Of a stretch of DNA of 64,000 nt, positions 34,807-45,040 are shown in pieces; the stretch's first letter is position 1; every line of letters starts with the position of its first letter. The stretch spans positions 57,571 to 121,570 of the forward strand of contig JAGGXV010000022.1 of assembly GCA_021162885.1 (NCBI GenBank), in the 5' to 3' direction. The translations under genes and the position numbers were made by a program. Under the pieces are notes generated by a model. It saw nothing but the letters and a program-made list of their open reading frames with translations. It did not search any database and was not told the DNA's origin. This stretch comes from a bacterium. Its GTDB lineage: Bacteria > Patescibacteriota > Minisyncoccia > Minisyncoccales > CG1-02-41-26.

Positions 34807-37800
34807 ATGATAAAATTCACCCATTTACATGTTCATAGTCACTACTCTTTATTGGATGGCCTGCCCAAGATCGATGAAATTCTGGACTATGTCAAAAAAC
34901 TTGGTATGGATGCGGTAGCCCTGACCGACCATGGAGTTTTATACGGAGCAGTTGAATTTTATAAAAAAGCGAAAAAAGCAGGGATAAAACCAATTATCGG
35001 TTCTGAATTGTATATGTCTTTTGAACGAATGTTTCAAAAACGGCCTAATATTGATGACAAAAGATACCACTTGGTCTTGTTAATAAAAAATGACCAGGGC
35101 TATAAAAACTTAGTCAAACTCATCAGCCGAGCTCATCTGGAGGGTTTTTATTACAAACCAAGAATTGACGAAGAACTTTTAGCAGAGCATGCTCAAGGTT
35201 TGATTGGTTTATCTGGTTGTTTGCAAGGAAAAATCCCCCAATTAATCATAGCGAATAAAATTGATGAAGCCAAAAGAGTGGCACAAAAATACCAAGAGAT
35301 TTTTGGTCAAGACAATTTTTATCTTGAGATTCAAGACCATCCTAACCTCAAAGAACAAAAAAAAGTAAATCAAGTGTTAATCGAATTTTCTAAAACGCTG
35401 GGCATTCCTTTGGTCGCCACTAATGACGCTCATTATTTAAAACCAGAAGATGCCCAAGCCCAAGACATTTTGATGTTAATAAATACCGGAGCCAAAGAAG
35501 ATGACCCCGAAAGATTAACTATGAGAGCCGATGATTTTTCAATAAGGTCTCCAGAGAAAATGGCAAATTCCTTCAAAGAAACACCAGAAGCCCTTGAGAA
35601 CACCCAAAAGATTCAAGAGCTTTGTAATTTTAATTTTAAACTAGGCGAAACAAAACTTCCCTATTTTGAAGTTCCCAATGGCAAAACTGCAGATGAGTAT
35701 CTAAAAGAACTTTGCTATCAGGGTTTAGAAAATCATAAATCTCAGATTAAAGACAAGAAAAAAGCCATTGAAAGATTGGAACACGAACTTTCAGTAATCG
35801 CAAAAACTGGCTTTGCCTCTTACTTTCTTATCGTTCAAGATTTAGTTAATTGGGCAAAACAAAATCACATAGTATGTGGCCCCGGTAGAGGAAGTGTCGG
35901 AGGTTCAATAGTTGCTTATCTTTTGGATATTACTGAAATCAATCCCCTCAAACATGGCCTTTTGTTTGAAAGATTTTTAAGTGGTCAAAGAATCACTCTC
36001 CCTGACATTGACCTTGACTTCACTGACCGAAGAAGAGACGAGGTAATAAATTATGTCAGCCAAAAATATGGTAGAGATAAAGTAGCCCAAATCATCACTT
36101 TTGGAACAATGGCAGCAAGAGCGGTAGTCAGGGATGTAGGAAGGGCAATGAAATTGAGTTACAGTTTTTGCGATAAAATTGCCAAGATGATTCCTTTTGG
36201 TTGGACCCTTGATGAAACTTTGGAAAAAAATTCAGAATTCCGTCAACTTTATCAAACCGACGAAAAAGTCAAAGAATTGGTTGATTTTTCCAAAAAACTT
36301 GAGGGTTGTGCCAGGCATGCTTCAACTCATGCTTGCGGAGTAGTCATTTCCAAAGAAAATCTGCAAGATCTGGTTCCCCTCCAACATCCCACCCAAAATG
36401 ATAAGAATATTGTTACCCAGTACGAAATGCATTCAATCGAAGATTTAGGACTTTTGAAAATGGACTTTTTGGGCTTGAAAAACTTAACCATTATTGAAGA
36501 TACTTTAGCTAGAATTTTTAAGGTCCAAGATAAAAAAATAGATATTGAAAAAATTCCTTTCGACGACAAAAAAACTTACCGACTTCTGCAGCAAGGTCAA
36601 ACAACCGGGGTTTTCCAAATGGAAAGCGAAGGTTTCAAAAGATATTTAAAAGAACTAAAACCAACTCAGTTTGAAGATATAATAGCTATGGTTGCTCTCT
36701 ATCGACCAGGTCCTATTCAATTTATTCCAGAGTATATTGAAAGAAAACGCAAAAGAAAAAAAGTTCAATACTTACATCCAAAACTAAAACCAATTTTAGA
36801 AAAAACCCAAGGAATTTGTATTTTTCAAGAACAATTGATGCAAATTGCCAGAGACTTAGCAGGATTTTCTCTGTCTGAAGCAGATGTTTTAAGAAAAGCC
36901 GTTGGCAAAAAAATAAAAAGTTTACTTATTAGCCAAAAACAGAAATTAATAAATGGGATGATAAAAAATGGTATAAAAAAAGAAATCGCTCAAAAAATCT
37001 GGGATTGGATTTTACCTTTCGCTCATTATGGTTTCAACAAAGCCCATAGCGTGGCTTACGGAATGATTGCCTATCAGACCGCCTATTTAAAAGCTCACTT
37101 CCCAGTTGAATTTATGGCTGCCCTTTTAACTTCAGAAAAAGCAGATATTGAAAGAATTGCTTTTTTGATAGAAGAATGCAAAAATATGGGAATTGAAGTT
37201 TTGCCCCCAGATATAAACGAAAGTTTCCGGAATTTCTCGGTAATTCCCGGAAAAAAACAAATCAGGTTTGGGCTCTTGGCTATTAAAAATGTCGGGCACA
37301 ATGTGGTTGAAGCAATAATAAAAGAAAGAGAAGAAAAAGGAAGTTTCAAATCATTTGCTGATTTTATTTCAAGAATTCATTCAAAGGACTTAAATAAAAA
37401 ATCTTTAGAGAGTTTAATCAAAGCAGGAGTTTTTGATAGATTCGAAGAAAGAAATAAACTTCTAACCAATCTTGAGGAAATTTTAAACTATAACCGCGAT
37501 ATGCAAAGGGCCCAACTCAATGGTCAAAAAAGTTTGTTCGATAGAATTTCAAATATAATCCCCTCTTTCCGGTTAAAACCAGCAAAATCAAGTGATCTGC
37601 AGCAAAATTTGTTGTGGGAAAAAGAACTTTTAGGTCTTTACATTTCCTCCCATCCTTTAGAAAGATTTAAAAATATTTTACAAAACAAAACTCTCCCCCT
37701 CCGGGAATTAAAAAATGGAAACTTCAATCATAATATTAGAGTGGGAGGAATAATTTCTCACATCAAAAAAATCCTAACTAAAAAAGGTCAACCTATGCTT

Positions 37801-37983
37801 TTTATGAAACTGGAAGATTTAACTGACAAAATCGAGGTAATTGTCTTTCCTTCTGCGCTTGAAAGAAATCCCACTTGCTTTCAAGAAAATAAAATTGTTT
37901 TTGTCACCGGCAAGGTCGAGAACTGGCACAACCCTCCAAAATTGATCTGCGAAGATATCGAAGAAATTTTAGAAGAAACATAA
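34807..37983 (+). CDS. dnaE: DNA polymerase III alpha subunit
   Basis: HLHVHSHYSLLDG, GPGRGS, PDIDLD, KMDFLGL, YGFNKAH, OB fold. Confidence 0.98.
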   Translation: MIKFTHLHVHSHYSLLDGLPKIDEILDYVKKLGMDAVALTDHGVLYGAVEFYKKAKKAGIKPIIGSELYMSFERMFQKRPNIDDKRYHLVLLIKNDQGYKNLVKLISRAHLEGFYYKPRIDEELLAEHAQGLIGLSGCLQGKIPQLIIANKIDEAKRVAQKYQEIFGQDNFYLEIQDHPNLKEQKKVNQVLIEFSKTLGIPLVATNDAHYLKPEDAQAQDILMLINTGAKEDDPERLTMRADDFSIRSPEKMANSFKETPEALENTQKIQELCNFNFKLGETKLPYFEVPNGKTADEYLKELCYQGLENHKSQIKDKKKAIERLEHELSVIAKTGFASYFLIVQDLVNWAKQNHIVCGPGRGSVGGSIVAYLLDITEINPLKHGLLFERFLSGQRITLPDIDLDFTDRRRDEVINYVSQKYGRDKVAQIITFGTMAARAVVRDVGRAMKLSYSFCDKIAKMIPFGWTLDETLEKNSEFRQLYQTDEKVKELVDFSKKLEGCARHASTHACGVVISKENLQDLVPLQHPTQNDKNIVTQYEMHSIEDLGLLKMDFLGLKNLTIIEDTLARIFKVQDKKIDIEKIPFDDKKTYRLLQQGQTTGVFQMESEGFKRYLKELKPTQFEDIIAMVALYRPGPIQFIPEYIERKRKRKKVQYLHPKLKPILEKTQGICIFQEQLMQIARDLAGFSLSEADVLRKAVGKKIKSLLISQKQKLINGMIKNGIKKEIAQKIWDWILPFAHYGFNKAHSVAYGMIAYQTAYLKAHFPVEFMAALLTSEKADIERIAFLIEECKNMGIEVLPPDINESFRNFSVIPGKKQIRFGLLAIKNVGHNVVEAIIKEREEKGSFKSFADFISRIHSKDLNKKSLESLIKAGVFDRFEERNKLLTNLEEILNYNRDMQRAQLNGQKSLFDRISNIIPSFRLKPAKSSDLQQNLLWEKELLGLYISSHPLERFKNILQNKTLPLRELKNGNFNHNIRVGGIISHIKKILTKKGQPMLFMKLEDLTDKIEVIVFPSALERNPTCFQENKIVFVTGKVENWHNPPKLICEDIEEILEET

Positions 37984-38048
37984 AATTTCTTCTCCCACCC
38001 TACGCTCGCTTTCGCTCGCGTGGATAATTGAAGAAACCGAAGAGAAAT

Positions 38049-38112
38049 AATTTTCAATTTTCAATTATCAATTTTCAATTTTCATTGAATTCCCAATTTT
38101 CAATTTTCAAAC
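38049..38112. repeat. Heptamer repeat, left arm only
   Basis: Tandem AATTTTC/AATTATC units before thrS. Confidence 0.8.
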
Positions 38113-38119
38113 TTAAAAT

Positions 38120-39868
38120 ATGTCAATAAAAATTGATACCATTAGACACTCCCTTGCCCATATTCTAGCTGCGGCGGTTCAGGAATTATATCCTGGAGCT
38201 AAGTTTGGAATTGGACCGTCGATTGAGAATGGATTCTACTATGACTTTGACCTACCCAAAACTTTGACTCCCAAAGATTTACCGAAAATTGAGAAAAAGA
38301 TGAGAGAACTAATTAAACAGGACATCAGATTTGAAAAGAAAATTATTTCAAAAAATGAAGCGAAAAAGATATTTAAAGCACAACCCTATAAATTGGAATT
38401 AACAGAACAAAAATCAAAAATACCTATTAAAAATCAAATTAAAAATCAAAAATTGTCTATTTATAAACTCGGGAATTTTATTGACCTTTGCAAAGGGCCT
38501 CATGTTAAATCAACAAAAGAAATCAGCCCAGAAATATTTAAATTAACCAAAATCGCCGGCGCTTACTGGAAAGGTTCAGAAAAAAATCCAATGCTAACCC
38601 GTATTTATGGAGTAGCTTTCCGAACCAAAAAAGAATTAGAAAATTATTTAAAAATTCAAAAAGAAGCCGAAAAAAGAGACCATCGAATTTTAGGCCAAAA
38701 ACTAGCACTTTTTGTGTTTGACGAGGAAGTCGGAGCCGGCCTCCCTCTATGGCTTCCAAAAGGTGAAACTCTGCGCCATATTATTGAAGAATATCTTTAC
38801 CGTGAATTAAAATCTCAAGGATACCTTTGGGTAAGAACTTCTCATATTGGTCGACTAAAACTTTGGAAAACTTCGGGACATTGGGAACTTTACAGAGAAA
38901 ACATGTACTCTCCTATTGAAATTGAGGGAGAAAAATACTTATTGAAACCAATGAATTGTCCTTTCCATGTAAAAATTTATAAGTCAAAAATTCGCTCTTA
39001 CAAGGATTTGCCTTTTCGATTGGCTGAATTGGGAACTGTTTACCGCTACGAAAAATCCGGAGTTTTACACGGTTTAACCAGGGTTCGCGGTTTTACTCAA
39101 GATGACGCTCATATTTGGTGCACTCCCGAGCAACTAAATGCAGAACTCGAAAGGATTCTGAAATATGGATTAAAAATTCTAAAAGCATTTGGTTTCAAAG
39201 ATTTTAATATTTATTTGTCAACTAGACCGGAAAAATATGCCGGAACTTCCAAAGGTTGGCAAAAAGCAACAAATTGCTTGAAGTATGTTTTGAAAAAACT
39301 TAAATTGGAATATCAAATTGACAAAGGTGGTGGAGTTTTTTATGGGCCAAAAATAGATATTAAAATAAAAGATAGCTTGGGTAGAGAATGGCAATGCACA
39401 ACAATTCAGGTTGATTTTAATTTACCCGAACGTTTTAAAATAACCTATATTGACAAAAACGGTAAAAAGCGTCAACCAATTATGATTCATCGAGCTCTCC
39501 TGGGTTCTTTGGAAAGATTTATTGGAGTTTTACTTGAACATTATGGAGGAGCCTTACCTTTATGGCTCTCCCCTGAACAGTTTTGGGTAATTCCAGTAGG
39601 CACCGTCCATCGAAAGTACGCTAAAGAAATCACTGAAAAACTGAAATCAGAAGGTTTAAGAGTTAAAACGAAAATCGAAGCTGAAACTGTTTCCAAAAAA
39701 ATAAGAGATGGTGAAATCCAAAAAATCCCCTATCTTTTAGTTGTTGGCGACAAAGAACTGGCTGAGAAAAATGTCAGAGTCCGTAAGCGCGCCAAGGGCG
39801 ACTTAGGACAAATGTCCTTGACAAGGTTCTTAGAAAAAGCGAAAATGGAAATAGAACAAAAAAGCTAA
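38120..39868 (+). CDS. thrS: Threonine-tRNA ligase
   Basis: RHSLAH, DLCKGPH, RDHR.LG, KPMNCP.H, RVRGFTQDDAH, FYGPKID, IHRA..GS.ERF. Confidence 0.98.
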   Translation: MSIKIDTIRHSLAHILAAAVQELYPGAKFGIGPSIENGFYYDFDLPKTLTPKDLPKIEKKMRELIKQDIRFEKKIISKNEAKKIFKAQPYKLELTEQKSKIPIKNQIKNQKLSIYKLGNFIDLCKGPHVKSTKEISPEIFKLTKIAGAYWKGSEKNPMLTRIYGVAFRTKKELENYLKIQKEAEKRDHRILGQKLALFVFDEEVGAGLPLWLPKGETLRHIIEEYLYRELKSQGYLWVRTSHIGRLKLWKTSGHWELYRENMYSPIEIEGEKYLLKPMNCPFHVKIYKSKIRSYKDLPFRLAELGTVYRYEKSGVLHGLTRVRGFTQDDAHIWCTPEQLNAELERILKYGLKILKAFGFKDFNIYLSTRPEKYAGTSKGWQKATNCLKYVLKKLKLEYQIDKGGGVFYGPKIDIKIKDSLGREWQCTTIQVDFNLPERFKITYIDKNGKKRQPIMIHRALLGSLERFIGVLLEHYGGALPLWLSPEQFWVIPVGTVHRKYAKEITEKLKSEGLRVKTKIEAETVSKKIRDGEIQKIPYLLVVGDKELAEKNVRVRKRAKGDLGQMSLTRFLEKAKMEIEQKS

Positions 39869-39962
39869 TTATCAATTATCAATTATCAATTTCCAATTTT
39901 CAATTTTCAATCATTGTTTAAAGTTAATTCGTTGAAAATTGGTCATTGAAAATTGAGAATTT
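39867..39962. repeat. Heptamer inverted-repeat element, empty form
   Basis: AATTATC/AATTTTC arm and TTGAAAATTGGTCATTGAAAATTGAGAATTT arm. Confidence 0.85.
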
Positions 39963-39970
39963 TAAGGCAT

Positions 39971-41254
39971 ATGTCCAAACTAATAAAACTCTCTATTTTA
40001 ACGGTTGGTTTAATGTTTCTTTTTGGATCCGTGGCTTTAGCTCAAGACGTGCCAAACGAAGTAGAACTTGACGAAACTGTAAAACCAGAAGATTTAGAAG
40101 TTTCAGAACCAACTTTGCTTCCAGACAGTCCATTTTATTTTTTGAAAAATTGGGGAAGAGCTATCCGAACTTTCTTTGCACTTCGACCAATTGATAAAGC
40201 AAATTTGAGGTTAAAATTTGCTTCAGAAAAACTTCTTGAGGCAGAGAAATTAGCCCAAAAAACAAAAAAAGCGGATATTCTTAAAAAAGCAACAGAAAAT
40301 TACAACAACGAAATAGAAAAACTTAAAAATGTCGCTGACAGAATAAAAGAAAAAGCGGAGCAAAATCCCAAAGTTGGCAAATTCTTAGACAAATTTACAA
40401 AACAGACAATTTTACACCAAAAAATCCTTGAGAAATTAGAACAACAAGTTCCCACCACTACTCTCCAAAAAATAAAACAAGCCAGAGAAAAACATTTAAA
40501 AAGATTCGGAGAAGTAATGCAAAAATTGGAAGAGAAAACAAAAATTGGAGAAAGATTATCTAAAATTTTAAGAGAAATGAAAGGAAGCGAGTTTAAAGAA
40601 GTTAAGGCTTTACAAATTTTAAAAGAATTACAAAAAAGAGTGCCAGAGGCTGCAAAAGAAGGAATTAAAAAAGCCCAAGAGAATGTAATGAGAAGATTAA
40701 AAGAAAGGTTAGAAAAATCATCAACCTCAACCCAAGAAAAATTGAAAAAATACATTGAAAAAATTCGCGGCAATCCCGAAGGAAAAATGGAAATTTTACA
40801 AGATATTAAATCGGCTTTAAAAAATCGACCAGAAATCAGAAAAAAATTGGAAAATGTTAAGGAAAAAATTTTAGAGAAAATTCAAGAAAGAGGAAAGAAA
40901 CTCGGTTGTCCGGAGATTCAAAAGCCAGCGCCTAATTTTTGTCCTAAAGGGCGAATCGTCCCCCAAAGAGACAATAAGGGCTGCATCGTGAAATTTCGCT
41001 GTATTGTTCCTGGCGAAGAAGAAATACCTTCGCCAACTTCTACCCAAATACTCCCCAAAAAACTAGTTTGTGTAACTTTATGGGATCCTGTTTGCGGTAA
41101 AGATGGCAAAACTTATTCTAATGCCTGTTTCGCAAAAGTGGCTGGAGTGGAAATCGCCCATAAGGGGGTTTGCGAACAACCTTTGAAAAAAATTGAGCAA
41201 AAATTTGAAGAGAAAATTGAAAATTTTAAGCAGAAAAAAACACCACAAAAATAA
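39971..41254 (+). CDS. Secreted helical protein (DUF5667-like) with a C-terminal Kazal domain
   Basis: Signal peptide, LLPDSPFYFLK.W, C...WDPVCGKDGKTYSNAC.A......HKGVC. Confidence 0.85.
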   Translation: MSKLIKLSILTVGLMFLFGSVALAQDVPNEVELDETVKPEDLEVSEPTLLPDSPFYFLKNWGRAIRTFFALRPIDKANLRLKFASEKLLEAEKLAQKTKKADILKKATENYNNEIEKLKNVADRIKEKAEQNPKVGKFLDKFTKQTILHQKILEKLEQQVPTTTLQKIKQAREKHLKRFGEVMQKLEEKTKIGERLSKILREMKGSEFKEVKALQILKELQKRVPEAAKEGIKKAQENVMRRLKERLEKSSTSTQEKLKKYIEKIRGNPEGKMEILQDIKSALKNRPEIRKKLENVKEKILEKIQERGKKLGCPEIQKPAPNFCPKGRIVPQRDNKGCIVKFRCIVPGEEEIPSPTSTQILPKKLVCVTLWDPVCGKDGKTYSNACFAKVAGVEIAHKGVCEQPLKKIEQKFEEKIENFKQKKTPQK

Positions 41255-41300
41255 ATTTGAGCTCTTTGAAAATCCTCCTGCTTAATGAAAGGAGGAGAAA

Positions 41301-41702
41301 ATGAAAGACCTCAGAGATTTTTTTGAAAAAATAGATAAAATTTTGAAAGACAAAAAAATCAATACCGATCTTTTTGTTGAAAAGTTTAACGGACAGTACG
41401 GGAAAATACGAGACGGTCCGGAATTAGAAAAATTTAAAAAAGATAAACAACAATACCTGATTGAGCGAGCACGGCTGCTCGCTTTGGCCTCACACTTAAA
41501 TGAGTTAAGAAACTCAGGATACAGAAAAGACCAATTGACGAAGTTGGCTGTGGAAGTTGAAATGCAAAAAGAGAGATTTATAGAATGGACAGAAGATAAA
41601 TATAGAAAATGGAAACCGCTTTGGGACAAATTAAGAAAGGAGAGAGAAATTGAAGAGAGAGAAATTAAAAGAAAGTTCGGGCTCAAACCCGAACCCGAAT
41701 AA
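41301..41702 (+). CDS. Hypothetical protein
   Basis: 133 aa; AAGGAGG upstream. Confidence 0.7.
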   Translation: MKDLRDFFEKIDKILKDKKINTDLFVEKFNGQYGKIRDGPELEKFKKDKQQYLIERARLLALASHLNELRNSGYRKDQLTKLAVEVEMQKERFIEWTEDKYRKWKPLWDKLRKEREIEEREIKRKFGLKPEPE

Positions 41703-41719
41703 AAAAGCAGGAGGATATA

Positions 41720-41775
41720 GATGCCCTGGAAAAATTATTTTAAATTATCTTTAAAAAATTCCAGGGCATCTTTTA
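41720..41775 (+). terminator. Terminator-like hairpin
   Basis: GATGCCCTGGAA...TTCCAGGGCATC followed by TTTT. Confidence 0.55.
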
Positions 41776-41805
41776 ATTTCCGAACAAATATTATAAGATG
41801 TTTTT

Positions 41806-43167
41806 ATGAAGTATTTTATCATTACATACGGCTGTCAAATGAACAAATCGGACTCTGAACGAATTGCTGCTGTTTTAGAAAAAATCGGTTACAAAAATGC
41901 CTCAAAGATAGATGAGGCAGATTTAATTGTGGTTAATATGTGCTCTGTCAGGCAATCAGCAGTTGATAGAGTTTACGGACTTCAACCAATGTTTAAAACT
42001 CTAAAAACTAAAAACTACAAACTACAAACTATTTTAACTGGTTGTATTCTAAAAAAAGATAGAAAAAAATTTATTGAATATTTTGATTATATTTTAAATA
42101 TCAAAAATCTAACAAGATGGTCTAAAGTCCTTGCTACCCCAAACTCACTTAACCAATCCACGATCGTTAGTGATTTAAGTCAATCTGGAAATTACCTTAA
42201 AATTAAGCCAGAATATTCATCTTTTCCAATAGGCTATGTGCCTATTTCTACTGGCTGTAATAACTTCTGTTCTTATTGCGTTGTCCCCTATACTCGGGGC
42301 CCCGAGATTTGTCGGCCGGTAAAAGATATTATATCTGAAGTAAGAGATTTAGTGAAAAAAGGATATAAAGAGATTTGGTTGTTGGGACAAAATGTTAATA
42401 GTTACAACTCCCAAATATCCATAAATGTGAATTCGCGAATATCCGCGAATAAAATTCGTGAAGATTCACGAGATATAAATTTTCCAAAACTCTTAAAAAT
42501 AATCAATAATATTCCGGGGGATTTTTGGATTAGGTTCACTTCTTCCCATCCGAAAGATTTTTCTGATGAATTAATTGAAGCAATGTCCCGCTGCAAAAAA
42601 ATAACTCCCTATTTAAATCTGCCAGTCCAGTCAGGAGATAACGAAATCTTGAAAAAGATGAATCGGAATTATACAGTTGAGTATTATAAAAATTTAGTTA
42701 AAAAAATCCGTCAGACATTCGCAAAAATTCGTGGTAAATCCGTGTCTATTAGTATTTCAACCGACATCATTGTTGGGTTTCCGGGCGAAACTAAAAAACA
42801 ATTCAAAAATACTGTTCGCCTTTTCAAAGAAATCAAATTCGATATGGCTTACATCGCCCAATACTCTCCTCGTCCCGGGACTGCTGCCTTTAAGATGAAA
42901 GACGATGTCACAAAAGAAAAAAAGAGAGAAAGAGAGAAAATTTTAACTGAGGTTTTAAAGAAAACCGCTCTGGCAAAAAATAAAAAATTAATCGGCAAAA
43001 CAATCACCATCTTGCCAAGTGAATATAAAAATGGATTTTTAATCGGCAAATCTTTTCATTACAAAACGGTAAAATGGGTGGGCTCAAAAGATCTAATCGG
43101 CAAATTCGTTAGAGTAAAAATCACCGATGCTCAACCATGGGGATTAAAAGGAAAATTACTAAAATAA
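41806..43167 (+). CDS. miaB: tRNA methylthiotransferase MiaB
   Basis: TYGCQMN..DSE, CNNFCSYC, LLGQNVN, PVQSG, TDIIVGFPGET, YSPRPGT. Confidence 0.95.
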   Translation: MKYFIITYGCQMNKSDSERIAAVLEKIGYKNASKIDEADLIVVNMCSVRQSAVDRVYGLQPMFKTLKTKNYKLQTILTGCILKKDRKKFIEYFDYILNIKNLTRWSKVLATPNSLNQSTIVSDLSQSGNYLKIKPEYSSFPIGYVPISTGCNNFCSYCVVPYTRGPEICRPVKDIISEVRDLVKKGYKEIWLLGQNVNSYNSQISINVNSRISANKIREDSRDINFPKLLKIINNIPGDFWIRFTSSHPKDFSDELIEAMSRCKKITPYLNLPVQSGDNEILKKMNRNYTVEYYKNLVKKIRQTFAKIRGKSVSISISTDIIVGFPGETKKQFKNTVRLFKEIKFDMAYIAQYSPRPGTAAFKMKDDVTKEKKREREKILTEVLKKTALAKNKKLIGKTITILPSEYKNGFLIGKSFHYKTVKWVGSKDLIGKFVRVKITDAQPWGLKGKLLK

Positions 43168-43194
43168 AAAGTGCCTATATATCAACTTTCTTGA

Positions 43195-43635
43195 TTATAG
43201 GCACTTAGCAAATACGATAACCATAAGGCCTATCTTTCCTGTATTCCCAGCAAGAATAAGAGTTAATCCATAATACCAAGGGACTCTCGCTAGTTTTACA
43301 GCAACAATTGTCGCTGGAGTCACATAAGGTATGTAAGGAATTAAGTTTAGGGTAGCTAAAAATAAATAAAAGAATAGATTTCCCCTTAATTGAGATATCT
43401 TTTCTCCCCATTTCTTAGCTAATTGACTTAATTTTAGCCGCTTTCTTATCATATCTATTCCTTTGAAAATTCCGCTAAAAAGTAAGTAGTTCAGTATCAC
43501 TAATCCGTCTGAAATTATAACCATTACCAAAAATGTATACATACCTTCTTTTCCTGCTTCTATCCAAGAGATAATAGCAAAATCTGTATAAGTAAAAGCT
43601 AACAACCAATTTATAATTTCCCAAAAAGCTTTCAT
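43195..43635 (-). CDS. Hypothetical membrane protein
   Basis: Four hydrophobic segments; AAGGAG upstream. Confidence 0.7.
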   Translation of the reverse strand: MKAFWEIINWLLAFTYTDFAIISWIEAGKEGMYTFLVMVIISDGLVILNYLLFSGIFKGIDMIRKRLKLSQLAKKWGEKISQLRGNLFFYLFLATLNLIPYIPYVTPATIVAVKLARVPWYYGLTLILAGNTGKIGLMVIVFAKCL

Positions 43636-43705
43636 TTTCTCCTCCTTTTTAAATTTTTAAAGTAATTACTTTGTTAATTTACTACCTTATATTTTAATAA
43701 ATATT

Positions 43706-44611
43706 ATGTCAAGGATAACGAAAAAACTTATTGTTATTTTAGGACCTACTGCTTCAGGTAAAACTGCTTTATCTATAAAACTTGCTAAAAATTTTAATGG
43801 CGAAATTGTTTCAGCCGATTCAAGGCAGGTTTACAAAGGAATGAACATTGGAACTGGAAAAGTAACAAAAAAAGAAATGCAAGGAATCAAACATTATCTT
43901 TTGGATGTTGCTTCGCCAAAAAGACGATTTTCAGTCGCCCAATACCAAAGGTTAGCTCTTGAGGCAATAAATAAAATTTTGAAAAAAAATAAAGTCCCCT
44001 TTTTGGTCGGTGGTTCGCCTTTTTATATTTACTCGGTAGTTGAAAAATGGATTTTTCCTAAACTTAAACCAGACCAGAAATTAAGAAAGGAATTAGAAAA
44101 AAAATCAGCAAAAGAACTTTTTCAAATATTAAAAAAATTAGATTCAAAAAGAGCGAAAACAATTGAGAAAGAAAATAAAAGAAGATTAATTAGAGCGATT
44201 GAAATTGCTAAAAAATTAGGAAGGGTTCCGCTATTAAAAAAAACTCCCCAATTTAATTGTTTACTGATAGGGATTAAAAAATCTAAAGAAGAACTTAAAA
44301 AATTAATTGAAAAGCGTCTCTTGAAAAGATTAAAAAAAGGAATGATAGAAGAAGTTAGAAAATTAAGAAGAGAAGGACTTTCTTGGCAACGTCTTGAAGA
44401 ATTTGGATTAGAATATCGCTGGATTGCAAAATATCTCCAAGGAAAAATAGATTATGAAGAAATGATAAAGAATCTCCAAAAGGATATTGAACATTTTGCC
44501 AAACACCAGATGACTTGGTTCAAAAAAGATAAAAGAATTAAATGGACGCCATCCACCCACCATCCTTATAGGTGGGCAAAAAAATTAATAAAAGAATTTT
44601 TAAAAAAATAA
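43706..44611 (+). CDS. miaA: tRNA dimethylallyltransferase
   Basis: GPTASGKT, SADSRQVY, IGTGK, FAK.QMTWF. Confidence 0.97.
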   Translation: MSRITKKLIVILGPTASGKTALSIKLAKNFNGEIVSADSRQVYKGMNIGTGKVTKKEMQGIKHYLLDVASPKRRFSVAQYQRLALEAINKILKKNKVPFLVGGSPFYIYSVVEKWIFPKLKPDQKLRKELEKKSAKELFQILKKLDSKRAKTIEKENKRRLIRAIEIAKKLGRVPLLKKTPQFNCLLIGIKKSKEELKKLIEKRLLKRLKKGMIEEVRKLRREGLSWQRLEEFGLEYRWIAKYLQGKIDYEEMIKNLQKDIEHFAKHQMTWFKKDKRIKWTPSTHHPYRWAKKLIKEFLKK

Positions 44612-44622
44612 AGAGGAGGGTT

Positions 44623-44784
44623 TCAGAACCTCCTCTTTTCGTTAATTAGCTTTTTCCTTCTTTTTCTTTTTTCCTTTTTCTGTAAAAAAATCACAATAGC
44701 TCCTTTTTTAATCGCTGTGAAAGAAATAGGTGTTTCTCCTTCACCTTCTAGATTTACTAATACCTCATTTACCTCATTTTCCAT
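44623..44784 (-). CDS. Small hypothetical protein coupled to the rpsU-like gene
   Basis: MENEVNEV... with AGGAGG upstream; overlaps the end of the S21-like gene. Confidence 0.45.
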   Translation of the reverse strand: MENEVNEVLVNLEGEGETPISFTAIKKGAIVIFLQKKEKRKRRKKLINEKRRF

Positions 44785-45002
44785 TTTTTCCCTTCCTCCT
44801 TTCTTTCTAAATTTTGTTTTATCTTTCTCTCTCTTCTTTGCCACCTTCTTAATGATTTCTTTTTCCTGATCCGCCTTTCCTTACTTGGTGAAATTCTCTC
44901 CCGATGTCTTCTCATATCTTTTGACAAACCACTCTCCTCGCAGAGAGATTTAAAGTATTTTAACGCCTGATGCAAAGATCCATCTACTTTTATTTCAATC
45001 AT
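44769..45002 (-). CDS. rpsU: Ribosomal protein bS21-like
   Basis: MIEIKV..SL..ALK.FK..C..SG...D.RR.....SPS..RR; start at 45002 after AAGGAGGTGA. Confidence 0.75.
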   Translation of the reverse strand: MIEIKVDGSLHQALKYFKSLCEESGLSKDMRRHRERISPSKERRIRKKKSLRRWQRRERKIKQNLERKEEGKKWKMR

Positions 45003-45040
45003 ACATCTCACCTCCTTTTTAAAAGATCATTATTTAAATC

